DNA from: a virus
Direction: 5' to 3' (one strand)
Virus record (IMG/VR): IMGVR_UViG_3300024239_000017
Length of the DNA stretch: 64,000 nucleotides
The position numbers were made by a program, and so were the translations under genes. Within the stretch, counting starts at the first letter, position 1; each line of letters starts with the position of its first letter. The notes beneath the pieces were generated by a model. The model worked only from the letters and a program-made list of their open reading frames with translations, searched no databases and was not told the DNA's origin. Below, piece by piece: positions 28,201-37,893 of this stretch.

Positions 28201-28637
28201 TACTTGTAGCTATGTCTAAATTATTAGTTTTTCCTTTACTAAAATTATCAGGTATTCTTTGATTGTTTACTACATACTCTAAAGCTGTAGCGGGATTGGT
28301 AGCTATTTCCCATCCTTTTGAAAGTAATGATTGTTCTTCTTGAGACTTTTCAATACTTCCTGTAGATTTTTGATTATTCAACCTAGCTATATTATCCTCA
28401 AATTCTTGTTTTTGTATAAGCTCTACAGCTTTTTTTCTTGAAACATTGAATCTATTACTTACCTCTTCTATTTTCTTTGAATCTGCTTTAATTTTATTAA
28501 TAGGATTTATATTTTTAGCTTTGGTAAAGTTTATTACTTTATTCGTATCAGATACGGTATTATCATCTAATAATCTTTTCATTCCACCTCTCTGATATTT
28601 TTCAACTAATTTATTTATGTCTTCTCTTAAATTCATT
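25244..28637 (-). CDS. large polyvalent (probably virion-packaged) protein with two zincin HExxH domains and repeated Q/KxGG motifs
   Basis: LHEGTH...YLSNPTEVHAR and THEISH...YTSNPTEYLAR. Start M(NLRED) at 28637 follows a TATATTTG promoter element. Confidence 0.75.
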
Positions 28638-28667
28638 ATTTTACTAATTATACTACAAATATAAAAC

Positions 28668-28700
28668 AAAAAAAAGATTAATCCAAATAGATTAATCTTT
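28668..28700 (-). terminator. intrinsic terminator
   Basis: AAAGATTAATC...GATTAATCTTT followed by a T run on the - strand. Confidence 0.6.
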
Positions 28701-28703
28701 AAA

Positions 28704-29225
28704 TTAATGTTTTCCGTTTAAAAACTTGATATAACTACATCCCCCAAATAATGTACGTGTACTTAATAATGAGCATACTGTTCTTATTAAGGTTTCATTA
28801 GCCTTAAAATTGTGCAGTTTTGGGGCTTTCTTTATTATTTCTATATTATCTCCCTCTACATATATTAACCCAGCGTATTCAGGTATTTCTGTTGGTTTTA
28901 CCATATCTTTCGGTACAACATATATAAAATGGTTTGGTAAACTAGGATGTTGTTTCCACTTTAAATATCGTTCTATTTTATAAGTTGGATTAGAAAGTCT
29001 TTTATGTTTATATGTTTTCTTGAAGTCTGCTTTAAAATCTGATCTTGACGTTTTTATTTCATATTCATATACAATATTTGATTCTGTAATCCTAAGTACA
29101 TCACACTCTGAGAAACCCATCCCTTGAAAATTTGTACAAAAAATACTTCTAGACTTCTCATACAAATTTTTCATAAGGATATTTTTAAGATGGTTACTAC
29201 TAATCTTCATATCTATCTTCTTCAA
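28704..29225 (-). CDS. MmcB-like PD-(D/E)XK nuclease
   Basis: ECDVL...EYEIKTSRSDFKAD..K, PNHFIYVVP and IPEYAGL. Confidence 0.75.
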   Translation of the reverse strand: MKKIDMKISSNHLKNILMKNLYEKSRSIFCTNFQGMGFSECDVLRITESNIVYEYEIKTSRSDFKADFKKTYKHKRLSNPTYKIERYLKWKQHPSLPNHFIYVVPKDMVKPTEIPEYAGLIYVEGDNIEIIKKAPKLHNFKANETLIRTVCSLLSTRTLFGGCSYIKFLNGKH

Positions 29226-29484
29226 TTCTTTTAGCTAATCTTTCTAATTTGAATTTTTTAAATCTTTCTACATTGTCAGCACAGGATAGAAACATTCCTT
29301 TTAATTGTTCTATCATTATTTCTACGTCTGCTATCTCATTACACATAGCCATAAAAGTTTCATCGTTATTTTTTCTAATGTGTTTTCTAACAGCCAATGC
29401 TAATTCCGTTGCTTCTTCTTGCGCCATTTCTAATTGAGATAAGTGTCCCCATTTTTCTAAAGCTCTGTCATAAATGTCTTTCAT
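29200..29484 (-). CDS. MazG-like NTP pyrophosphohydrolase
   Basis: WG...Q..MAQEEATEL...EIADVEIMIEQL. Confidence 0.75.
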   Translation of the reverse strand: MKDIYDRALEKWGHLSQLEMAQEEATELALAVRKHIRKNNDETFMAMCNEIADVEIMIEQLKGMFLSCADNVERFKKFKLERLAKRIEEDRYED

Positions 29485-29789
29485 TTTTTTAATTTTAATT
29501 CGTTTGTGTATATTCTTTTAAATTGTCTATTGAAAGTTTTTTTATTATAGTATAAACTATACGGTATATAATTATTAGTATTAAGAACTACACCGTTAAT
29601 ATCATATAATCTGTCGTCTATTTTTGTAACAATATGATCATTATTTGAATAAGGTATAGCTTCTGGAAAAATAGAGTGAAGTATTAAGAACATATTTATA
29701 CAAGATCCTTTGGTAAATATATCTACCATACTAGAGTGAGATTCCCTAATATTATATATTATATTTAATATTTTTCTGTGTTTTGTCAT
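29481..29789 (-). CDS. hypothetical protein
   Basis: FTKGSC...HIVTKID..LYDING motif. Confidence 0.65.
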   Translation of the reverse strand: MTKHRKILNIIYNIRESHSSMVDIFTKGSCINMFLILHSIFPEAIPYSNNDHIVTKIDDRLYDINGVVLNTNNYIPYSLYYNKKTFNRQFKRIYTNELKLKK

Positions 29790-29968
29790 GACCATTCGAA
29801 CCAATTACCTCTTTTATGTGGTAATCCATTTCTTACTTTTTTATTAAAGTATCTTTTCCAAAATTTACCTGATGGTTTTACCCAATAACTAAACCATAAT
29901 CCACCGTGAGGATTATCTTTTAATATTTTACGTTTTCCTAATCGTAATTTATATTTATCTTCATTCAT
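29786..29968 (-). CDS. small basic hypothetical protein
   Basis: Packed ORF. Confidence 0.55.
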   Translation of the reverse strand: MNEDKYKLRLGKRKILKDNPHGGLWFSYWVKPSGKFWKRYFNKKVRNGLPHKRGNWFEWS

Positions 29969-29970
29969 AT

Positions 29971-30606
29971 TTATTTTATATTTAAAAGTCTGTCCACCCC
30001 TATGGCAAATCCTACTCCACCTTCATATTCTCCACCTCCACAAACTTGTTTTGAACTTCCAAGAGCTTCGCAAGTTATTTCAAACCCTTTACCTTCTTTA
30101 TAATAATCCAAACCTCTTTTTACATTAAAATGTAAATCAAATTTTTCTTTTGAAACTGATGTTAGTAATTTATAAGCTAACTCTGGTAAAATAAATCCAC
30201 TTCCAATATAATCTGTTGTTGGATTTATGATTTCTACACCAATTTGTGTAAATTGTCTGTATCTACCCGCTTGAGGTTTCTCACCTCTAAAACATTCTTG
30301 AACATAAAATAACTTTACGTCTTTTTCCATCTTAAAGGTTGTATTACTTAACTTTTGGATTACCGCCGTATATTCTGGTGCCAAACAAAGATTTCTATCA
30401 CCTCTGTCTTTAAAATTATACATGAGGTTATTATTTTCCTCACCTACTTTTCCCTCGAAAGTTTTTTGAGACTGTATAATAGGAATTGATATTTCTTTAA
30501 ATCCCTCTGATTTAAGAATATCAATCATCATATTGATATTATCTCTTTTTTTGTTTCCTAAAACAATTCTTGTTCCTTTATAACATGTTTCTTTAATTTC
30601 TTCCAT
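29971..30606 (-). CDS. minimal histidyl-tRNA synthetase-like catalytic domain (HisRS/HisZ family)
   Basis: KGTR, MYNFKDRGDRNLCLAPEYTA, FRGEKPQAGRYRQFTQIGVE, RGLDYY, GGGEY and GFAIGVDRL; only 211 aa. Confidence 0.85.
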   Translation of the reverse strand: MEEIKETCYKGTRIVLGNKKRDNINMMIDILKSEGFKEISIPIIQSQKTFEGKVGEENNNLMYNFKDRGDRNLCLAPEYTAVIQKLSNTTFKMEKDVKLFYVQECFRGEKPQAGRYRQFTQIGVEIINPTTDYIGSGFILPELAYKLLTSVSKEKFDLHFNVKRGLDYYKEGKGFEITCEALGSSKQVCGGGEYEGGVGFAIGVDRLLNIK

Positions 30607-30608
30607 AT

Positions 30609-30836
30609 CTATAAAATAAAATAATTACTGTATTTAATTATAAAAGGTACATGTGAAAAATATGCATCATCTACTATTTCATAAGTGCTATTTTTTTCGT
30701 TAATACCTATTACAATATATTCAAAAGGAGTACCTACATTTATTACGTCATTATGTCTATAGTAAAGTCCTGCTACTCGTATGTTAATGACTTCTAATCC
30801 TAGTTTGTAAAGTATTTTATATATCATATTCTTCAA
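30609..30836 (-). CDS. hypothetical protein
   Basis: Packed ORF. Confidence 0.5.
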   Translation of the reverse strand: MKNMIYKILYKLGLEVINIRVAGLYYRHNDVINVGTPFEYIVIGINEKNSTYEIVDDAYFSHVPFIIKYSNYFIL

Positions 30837-31161
30837 AATAATTTTCTACTTGTTCAAATACCCATTCTGTTAGATAAGCCTGTAACTCATCATTATTTAT
30901 ATCTAATTTTATACCTCTGGATTTAAATATATTATTTACCGCATGAACAGCTTCGTGGGCAATTACTGCATTACTAGGTTTATTTATAAAATATATTTCA
31001 TTGTAAGAAATATTATTTTCTTCTTTAAATATAACACAGGCATCCATAATATTTGTTAAATCAAAACCATATTCTTTATTTACTTTTTTCCAACTTTTTA
31101 TTCGTGCTATACAAAGTTTTCCACCTAATATTGGTATATCTATTATCTTTTTATCTTTCAT
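30817..31161 (-). CDS. small HExxH metallopeptidase-like protein
   Basis: IAHEAVHAV...DELQAYL. Confidence 0.65.
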   Translation of the reverse strand: MKDKKIIDIPILGGKLCIARIKSWKKVNKEYGFDLTNIMDACVIFKEENNISYNEIYFINKPSNAVIAHEAVHAVNNIFKSRGIKLDINNDELQAYLTEWVFEQVENYFEEYDI

Positions 31162-31678
31162 TTAAAAAATTTAAAATTTTATTTGAAGTAAAGGATTGTT
31201 CACAGTCCGTAATCATATTTATATCAGTATTGGAAGATACTATATTATAAATTTGTTCAGAAAATTCATTACTTTCTTCTTCAGTTTGATTTCTACCTTT
31301 TTCAACATAAGGTTTAGTTCTATTTAAAAATATATTAATATTATCGAATTTGTTTACTTCATGTAATACTATATTCTTAAAATCACTTGAGTTATCACCA
31401 TATTTATAATTATAAAACAATGATAGTATCAAAGGTCTATCTGTGATAATATATTGAACTTTATCTTTCAATCTAAACATTCTATGATGTTGTTTTGCAA
31501 ATAAATACAATTCATTTTTAAAGGTTTCTGTCCTCTCTTCCCATACTAATTCTTTTGCGTATTCTGATACTATTTCTACGTCATATCCTTGCCATTTCAT
31601 TAATGCGAATAATTCTGATGCCAATGTACTTTTTCCTGTACCTGGAGCTCCTATTAAATTAATTACTGTAGTTTTCAT
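31151..31678 (-). CDS. P-loop kinase (NadR/AAA_28-like)
   Basis: GAPGTGKST, SEYAKELVW, ITDRPL and GRNQTEEE. Confidence 0.8.
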   Translation of the reverse strand: MKTTVINLIGAPGTGKSTLASELFALMKWQGYDVEIVSEYAKELVWEERTETFKNELYLFAKQHHRMFRLKDKVQYIITDRPLILSLFYNYKYGDNSSDFKNIVLHEVNKFDNINIFLNRTKPYVEKGRNQTEEESNEFSEQIYNIVSSNTDINMITDCEQSFTSNKILNFLNER

Positions 31679-31745
31679 ATATTAAATTTCTAAAGTTAGT
31701 TGTAAAAACTTCCAATCTGTCCCATCGGGATCTAAAAGATAATGT

Positions 31746-32156
31746 TTAAAGTTTATTTTTTCCATTTTCTTCTAACTCTTTTATTTTTTCTGTTAATATT
31801 TCAACATTCCTCTTCATTCTTTCCAATTCGTATTTATCATTTAGTAATTCTTTTTCCAAATACTCATCTCCTTTTTTATGTACCCATTTTATAATATCTT
31901 TCTCTGTCATTTCCAATAACTCTAACGGAAGAGTATAATATTCTTGGTACGTAAAGTCTTCGTATGGAACATGATCGTTATTGTAATATGTGACAGTTTT
32001 ACGATCCAAATCTATTTTTAAACTATACCATCCTAAAAAAGTTTCATAGTCATATTGAGTATTATAATCCAAATAAATATCTTTTTCACTTAACTCGCTG
32101 GCTTCTGTACTTACTACTACTGTTACTTCCCAAAGTTTTTTTAAGTCTATTAACAT
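31746..32156 (-). CDS. hypothetical protein
   Basis: Packed ORF. Confidence 0.65.
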   Translation of the reverse strand: MLIDLKKLWEVTVVVSTEASELSEKDIYLDYNTQYDYETFLGWYSLKIDLDRKTVTYYNNDHVPYEDFTYQEYYTLPLELLEMTEKDIIKWVHKKGDEYLEKELLNDKYELERMKRNVEILTEKIKELEENGKNKL

Positions 32157-32482
32157 ATTTCTAAATTTTCAATTATATATTTTTCTATTTTTTTAAACTC
32201 TTTACCTTTCAACATTATTTCATCTCCATTAACATATTTATAAATTTTTATTACATCTACTTCTTTAGAAATAAGATTACAGTCATCTTCTTTAGGAGAA
32301 TCAGATGTTTCTTTATGATACCATCTTTTATATTTAATATCTACGTGCATTTTTGACATATAATCTTTTCCACCTACATCAAACTCTAATTCAAATACTC
32401 TTGCATCATTATAATACTCATATCCTGAATTTGGAAATTCCTCGTAATCGGGAAACTCTTCAAAATGTACTTTCAATCCCAT
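32150..32482 (-). CDS. hypothetical protein
   Basis: Directly downstream of a promoter repeat. Confidence 0.7.
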   Translation of the reverse strand: MGLKVHFEEFPDYEEFPNSGYEYYNDARVFELEFDVGGKDYMSKMHVDIKYKRWYHKETSDSPKEDDCNLISKEVDVIKIYKYVNGDEIMLKGKEFKKIEKYIIENLEIC

Positions 32483-32500
32483 ATTTTCTAATTTTATTTT

Positions 32501-32533
32501 GCAAACATACGAAAAATTTTTGACATATGCAAA
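32501..32533 (-). promoter_or_regulatory. conserved promoter repeat
   Basis: TTTGCATATGTCAAAAATTTTTCGTATGTTTGC on the - strand. Confidence 0.85.
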
Positions 32534-32542
32534 TATATTATG

Positions 32543-33418
32543 TTAAAATTCTTTTAATTGATTGAAAATAAAAGCAATAACGTCTACCGTCCAACCATTT
32601 CCTAACATTTTATATCTCTGTGAGTTTGACACAATACTTGTGTAATTATCAGGAACTGTTTGCAATCTCTCACATTCTAACGGAGTAAGTCTTCTATAAG
32701 AATTAGTTCCGTTTATTAATACTTTTGGATGCCTATTTCCGCCTTGCATTGTATCAAGAGTAGGGCTTTTACCGCTACTTGCATAAATCCTTTTTATAGA
32801 ATCATTTCCGTTTATATCTAAAGCGTTTCCTATATGATGACAAATACTATTCTCATTAAACTCTTTTAATTCACATTCTCCATATTTAAAATCACCATCA
32901 TCTTCTAAAATATCTTTTAATAATATGTTTTTATCTTCAATGGTAGTTGTAATAGGTATATTAGTCCAATATAATCTTTCCCTATTTTGTGCTGAAAATT
33001 TAGAAGAATTAATCAAAATTGGTTCTACACCTAAATATTCTGATATAACATCTATATATTCTTTTTTCATTCTAACATTTTCTAAAAGAAAATATTTTGG
33101 ATTTAAAGCATTTTTCAATTTTACAAATTCAAAAAATAACCTAGATCTTGGATCTTCAAAATTCAACTGTTTTCCTGCAAAGCTAAATCCTTGACAGGGA
33201 GATCCTCCTATGAGTAAATCTATAGTAGGTAATTCATTTATATTTATCTTTGTAATATCTCCTAACTGTATTGTATTTGGGTAATTATACTGTGTTACTT
33301 CTATTGCGTATTTATCTATTTCTGACGCATAGTAATTGTCATATGATATACCTGCTTTATTTAAAGCTATTTGCCCACAACTCATACCATCAAAGGCACT
33401 TAATACATTTTTAATCAT
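32543..33418 (-). CDS. dcm: DNA (cytosine-5) methyltransferase
   Basis: FDGMSCG, GGSPCQGFS, LLENV, QNRERLYW, ECERLQ and LGNGW. Confidence 0.92.
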   Translation of the reverse strand: MIKNVLSAFDGMSCGQIALNKAGISYDNYYASEIDKYAIEVTQYNYPNTIQLGDITKININELPTIDLLIGGSPCQGFSFAGKQLNFEDPRSRLFFEFVKLKNALNPKYFLLENVRMKKEYIDVISEYLGVEPILINSSKFSAQNRERLYWTNIPITTTIEDKNILLKDILEDDGDFKYGECELKEFNENSICHHIGNALDINGNDSIKRIYASSGKSPTLDTMQGGNRHPKVLINGTNSYRRLTPLECERLQTVPDNYTSIVSNSQRYKMLGNGWTVDVIAFIFNQLKEF

Positions 33419-33433
33419 ATTATTAATTAGTTA

Positions 33434-33928
33434 TTATATAAATTTATCATAAAACAATGTTTCGTGAGTAACTTTTTTTAAAAATGGTTTTAATTCTTTA
33501 TATCTTTCTACAGAAAGTTGAAAACATTTCATCTCTTTTCTATTTGAAAGGCTACTATCAAATCTATTATGTGCTTCTGCTGATAAATATATAATATTAA
33601 AATCATCTGTTGCCACTTCTGGACTTAAAGATTTAGAAAGTATATGACATACTTCATATATGTTACCTGTTAGTTTAACATTTGTTTCTGCACATCTCTT
33701 TCTCGAAGCGATTTTAATATGTTTCTTAAAAAAATCAGGATAATCTTTTCTAATCTCTGCCCTAATACTTCTAGTTCTCTTTGTCTTATCAGATATTTCA
33801 GATTTTTTATTAAACTGTGAAGCATGATAAGGACATACTCTTTTTCCAAAAAACTCACTGTCTTTGTTTTTTATAGTAGTCCTTATCTTCACCATTTTTT
33901 CACAGTCAGGTATCTCACATTTATACAT
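33434..33928 (-). CDS. HNH/NinG-like nuclease-fold protein
   Basis: N-terminal Cys ligands; EVCHILSK...NIIYL...HNRFD. Confidence 0.55.
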   Translation of the reverse strand: MYKCEIPDCEKMVKIRTTIKNKDSEFFGKRVCPYHASQFNKKSEISDKTKRTRSIRAEIRKDYPDFFKKHIKIASRKRCAETNVKLTGNIYEVCHILSKSLSPEVATDDFNIIYLSAEAHNRFDSSLSNRKEMKCFQLSVERYKELKPFLKKVTHETLFYDKFI

Positions 33929-34538
33929 GATTTAATAATAATTTATAATTATATTTTATAATATCTTGGTTTTTATCTATAAAATTACATATAGGACATT
34001 CTTCTGGAGTCCATTTAGTAGTATAAGCATTTGTAGGTTTAAAAAACAATGTTTTCATTTGATTTAAATACTTTTGTTCATACTCAAATTGCATTACGTA
34101 TGAGTATACTACTGCTTTAATCATATCTTCTGTGTAGGAATCTTTATAATAAAGAAACTCTGATATATAGAATAATAATTTTCCACCACCTGAAATATGT
34201 TTAAGTGCACCAATTTTTTTATACTGCTCGGTAACATACTCAAGTGTAAATTCCGCTAAAGGATGTATAGGTCTTTGGAACATATCTTTTATAATCTGTT
34301 CTCCTTTATCAGATAATCTTATTCTTTCCCAAGGTCTTGATTTTGCTCCTGTTTTTATATATTTAATGTAACCTGCTTCTTCTAGAATATCACATGGTAA
34401 TTTACCACTCTCGGTGGTATATTCAAATAAATAAGTTCTAATTATATCAGACACGTATTCATCTCCTGTGTTAAGTTTTAAGTATATTAATAGCCCTAAT
34501 GTTGATGGGTTTATTTTTTCTTTTTCTAATATATTCAT
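33921..34538 (-). CDS. hypothetical protein in the replication cluster
   Basis: Packed ORF. Confidence 0.65.
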   Translation of the reverse strand: MNILEKEKINPSTLGLLIYLKLNTGDEYVSDIIRTYLFEYTTESGKLPCDILEEAGYIKYIKTGAKSRPWERIRLSDKGEQIIKDMFQRPIHPLAEFTLEYVTEQYKKIGALKHISGGGKLLFYISEFLYYKDSYTEDMIKAVVYSYVMQFEYEQKYLNQMKTLFFKPTNAYTTKWTPEECPICNFIDKNQDIIKYNYKLLLNHV

Positions 34539-34879
34539 TACAATTTTTTTACTGCTTTAACATATAAATTATTTGGATATTTATCAAATAAATAAAGTGT
34601 TACAGGGCATAACCAAACTACAAAATCTTCCATTTTTACAGAGTATGTTGCTCCTGATTCATCACTATATAACTTTTTTAAATGTAAATGCGTACTCTTT
34701 TTTTTATTAGAAAAATTAATAATTACTTCATTACTGTACTTAGATAATTTGTCTAATAATAAATCTGCTCCATCTATCATTTCTAAAGCTTCTATAGGCA
34801 TGTCATTATCTAACCATTCAGGCAGATCAATATACCATCTTCCTTCGTCTGTTTTATAAAATCTTTTTGTAAATTCCAT
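34538..34879 (-). CDS. conserved hypothetical protein (WYIDLPEW...LEMIDGAD..LD; WLCPVT)
   Basis: Packed ORF. Confidence 0.7.
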   Translation of the reverse strand: MEFTKRFYKTDEGRWYIDLPEWLDNDMPIEALEMIDGADLLLDKLSKYSNEVIINFSNKKKSTHLHLKKLYSDESGATYSVKMEDFVVWLCPVTLYLFDKYPNNLYVKAVKKL

Positions 34880-35392
34880 TTATAATTTTAAACCTTTTTT
34901 CTTGTATTTTAATAACACCTCTGCGTTTCCTACAGCGTCATCTACAGGATTATGTGTATGTTCGGTATCTCGCATCCACTTCCATTTGAAATATAAGTTA
35001 TTTTCATAACCACAAATCAAATCTGTAATTCTTCTACTAGACCATCCAAATGGGTTTTTACCTAAATACTTTATAAAATACCAATTGATCCATGATGCAT
35101 CGAACCCATTGTTATCTGATATTAAAGTAGGCTTACCATTAATGTTTTCTTTCAACCATTTTTCAAATAGTTCCATTACTTCTTTAGGATCGTCAAAAGT
35201 TTCATGTTCTTCTCTAGAGAATCCTGAAACAGCTAGTGCTTCTGGATCATATTCACTAGATATAGGTCTAGTCTTACCATAAAACGTTCGTTTTAAACCA
35301 TCTTCTACTATGACTGCTCCAAAACATACCATACTATTTGTTCCTAGTAAATTTCCGTCTGCTTCTACGTCTACTACTACTAATTTTCCCAT
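34880..35392 (-). CDS. DEDDh 3'-5' exonuclease
   Basis: VDVEADG, DNNGFD and HTHNPVDDA. Confidence 0.85.
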   Translation of the reverse strand: MGKLVVVDVEADGNLLGTNSMVCFGAVIVEDGLKRTFYGKTRPISSEYDPEALAVSGFSREEHETFDDPKEVMELFEKWLKENINGKPTLISDNNGFDASWINWYFIKYLGKNPFGWSSRRITDLICGYENNLYFKWKWMRDTEHTHNPVDDAVGNAEVLLKYKKKGLKL

Positions 35393-35395
35393 AAT

Positions 35396-36436
35396 TTAAA
35401 ATATTAATTTATCTTCTGTTGAATCTTTTTCCATTTCTGACATAGTATTTATGTCATCTTTTTCCTCCTCATTTAAATACTGACAGTATAATTTTGGAGT
35501 ACCATCGTCTAATCTTACTTTTAAAAAGTCAAAATAAACTCGGTTATTACCTTTCAATCTAACATAGTCTTTTGGAGAAGCTTTATCCTCGTCGACAATG
35601 TGTTCTTCTAAATGCTCATATCTCTTTCTATTAACTGTACAATATTTTTCCAAACCTGCTTTTTCGGGTATTACAGATGCAACTATAACGTCTGCATATT
35701 GTTGTAAAGCATCCGAACCATAAATATATTCCGATGTAACTCTAAGATTAATAGGGTTAATATCTCTGGTTCTCCATAATCTTTCTATATCTCTATTTAA
35801 TTGCCCTAAAACTATAAAAGTAAGTTTATTAGGGTAATCTAATTTAAGATTATTCATTACTTCCAATATTTCAAAAATAGCCTCTAATTTATTTGAACCT
35901 TTTGTAATACCTACGTGGTCTACGACAATAAATAACTGTTCTTTTTCTATATTTTCTTCTATATATTTTCTACATACATAATCAAATTCCGTAGGAGATA
36001 GTGATTTTTCTACTGTTACAAGTCTTTCATCTCTAAAACCATCTGCGACCTCTTTCATTACAGCTAACTGCTCTTTATTTGGATTAAGATTTAATATTTC
36101 CCTTAGAGGAATCATTAATCTTTTTCTTATTTGAGTTAATAGTAATGCAAAAGTCGGCATCTCCCAATTGAAATATAGTAAACCTATATCTCTTTTCTTA
36201 TCTGCTAATATATCCTCTTTTAATTGTGAGGCTATATATGTTTTTCCGTGAGACGGTCTGCCTAAAATAGCAAGAATAAGATTTGGCATTAATCCACCTA
36301 AACATACATCATCTAAAAATGGAAAAGAGGTTTTAACTAAAGTTATATCCTTTTTCTGAAATCTGTCTAGGGTTTTTATGGCGTCATTAATACCTTTATT
36401 TGTTTTTTTAAGTAATTTATCTAATTTATTCTCCAT
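35396..36436 (-). CDS. DnaB-like replicative helicase
   Basis: GRPSHGKT, FNWEM, VVDHVG, LGQLNR and YGSDALQQYAD. Confidence 0.85.
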   Translation of the reverse strand: MENKLDKLLKKTNKGINDAIKTLDRFQKKDITLVKTSFPFLDDVCLGGLMPNLILAILGRPSHGKTYIASQLKEDILADKKRDIGLLYFNWEMPTFALLLTQIRKRLMIPLREILNLNPNKEQLAVMKEVADGFRDERLVTVEKSLSPTEFDYVCRKYIEENIEKEQLFIVVDHVGITKGSNKLEAIFEILEVMNNLKLDYPNKLTFIVLGQLNRDIERLWRTRDINPINLRVTSEYIYGSDALQQYADVIVASVIPEKAGLEKYCTVNRKRYEHLEEHIVDEDKASPKDYVRLKGNNRVYFDFLKVRLDDGTPKLYCQYLNEEEKDDINTMSEMEKDSTEDKLIF

Positions 36437-37110
36437 TATATATTATTTACAAAATCTCCCCATTGTTTAGCAAATGCTTTTGCCATTCCTTGAAAAGTTT
36501 TACTTCTCAATGTTTGTCTTTCTTCTTTTGTTTTAGCATTTTTTAAAGCATCTGCATACCATTTTGGATGTGATTTTCCTGATTCAAAAACAGTTCTCTC
36601 TCCTTTTCCAACTATATCTGTTGGAGTTAATAAAGGTAGATTTTTTAACCATAAACAAGTTGTTTTTGTTGCCTCGTCTCCAAACATATAAGGTTGTACA
36701 ATTTGATCAGGTTTTCTCCATCTACTACTTAATAATCCTACAGGATTTTCTATTGCAATATACTCAATATCAGCATTATACAAAGCTTTTACAAACTCTA
36801 CACTGTCCAACATATCTTGTCTTCTATTAGGATATTTTGGATGAGGTCTCCTTTCTTCAAAAGGAAGTTCTTTATCATCAGGATGTGATAACCATTGCGC
36901 TCCACTACCCGCTAGATAGGTGCAAGGCGGGTGAGCAATCATTAAATCCCATCCTTGATTTATTACTTCAAATACGTCACATTGAAAATGCCATTCAGGA
37001 TGTCCACCACTACAAGGTAATAAATCACATGAATAGGCTTCGTGTCCTAACTCTCTAAACGCTTTTGTTGTTGCTTGGCTTTCTTCACATGCCACTAATA
37101 TTCTTGCCAT
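36436..37110 (-). CDS. phage DNA cytosine methyltransferase-like protein
   Basis: ILVACEES, AHPPCTYL, IENPVG, QPYMFG..TKTTCLWL and RSKTFQGMAKAFAKQWG. Confidence 0.8.
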   Translation of the reverse strand: MARILVACEESQATTKAFRELGHEAYSCDLLPCSGGHPEWHFQCDVFEVINQGWDLMIAHPPCTYLAGSGAQWLSHPDDKELPFEERRPHPKYPNRRQDMLDSVEFVKALYNADIEYIAIENPVGLLSSRWRKPDQIVQPYMFGDEATKTTCLWLKNLPLLTPTDIVGKGERTVFESGKSHPKWYADALKNAKTKEERQTLRSKTFQGMAKAFAKQWGDFVNNI

Positions 37111-37128
37111 ATTTTCTAATTTTATTTT

Positions 37129-37161
37129 GCAAACATACGAAAAATTTTTGACATATGCAAA
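37129..37161 (-). promoter_or_regulatory. conserved promoter repeat
   Basis: Identical to the 32501..32533 copy, including the downstream leader. Confidence 0.85.
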
Positions 37162-37162
37162 T

Positions 37163-37189
37163 AAAAAAGAGAGTTTTTACACTCTCTTT
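37163..37189 (-). terminator. intrinsic terminator immediately upstream of the promoter repeat
   Basis: AAAGAGAGT...ACTCTCTTT followed by a T run on the - strand. Confidence 0.65.
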
Positions 37190-37372
37190 AATTATTCTTG
37201 AATTTTTGATAAAAAAATTAGCTCTAATTCTGCCAAATTTTTTGGTAAAAATTTATCTATTTTTAATACGTCATATTCTGTTGATGATTCTACCATTAAG
37301 TTATTTTTTAATAGCTTCTTTAAACTTTTTTATATCAAAAGAACTATTGTCTACATTACTTAATGTATCTAC

Positions 37373-37639
37373 TCAACCTTCGTATTTCGAGTAAATTTTA
37401 TGGAAAATATACGGTTTGTAGGGATAAAATTCGCCATCAACCCCTTTTATAATATAATCTCCAATTAAGGCGGTCATATCTCCCTTTAATGTTGGGATTG
37501 TTAAACCTACTATATTATTGCCATCTGTTTTAAATGATACGTCACTTGTTTCAGTAATCCAATTTACTATTTTTATAATATTTGCGGGGATTAATTCTTC
37601 TGCTTCAACAACTACGGGTTTTTTAATATATTTATTCAT
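37373..37639 (-). CDS. widespread phage protein (KKPVVVEA...GDYIIKGVDGEFYP)
   Basis: Family motif recognised. Confidence 0.75.
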   Translation of the reverse strand: MNKYIKKPVVVEAEELIPANIIKIVNWITETSDVSFKTDGNNIVGLTIPTLKGDMTALIGDYIIKGVDGEFYPYKPYIFHKIYSKYEG

Positions 37640-37640
37640 T

Positions 37641-37889
37641 TTATTTATTAAATGTTAATAACTTGACAACATTCATTTGGGCATTTAGAATTTCTCCTAT
37701 TGTATGATTAAATAATTGATGTCTTAATTCTAAAGGATTATAATCTTGTTCTCCCTCATAAAAAGATTGATTTACTAAATCTGCTAAATCTGCACATAAT
37801 TGTTTAGCTCTTGCAACCTTATCATCTCCTGATGGATTAAATGTTGCTCCTACTAATTTTTGACCAAAAGTCAATTTTTTGTTTTCCAT
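37641..37889 (-). CDS. Acb2/Tad1-like helical hairpin protein (candidate immune-signal sponge)
   Basis: TFGQKLVG.TFNPS.DD.V..AK...ADL.D...EI..AQM.VVK..T pattern. Confidence 0.55.
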   Translation of the reverse strand: MENKKLTFGQKLVGATFNPSGDDKVARAKQLCADLADLVNQSFYEGEQDYNPLELRHQLFNHTIGEILNAQMNVVKLLTFNK

Positions 37890-37893
37890 ATTT

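Noticed and set aside
37192-37375. TGA readthrough extension of ORF 37373..37639
   Set aside because: The in-frame continuation ends after about 22 codons with no motif.
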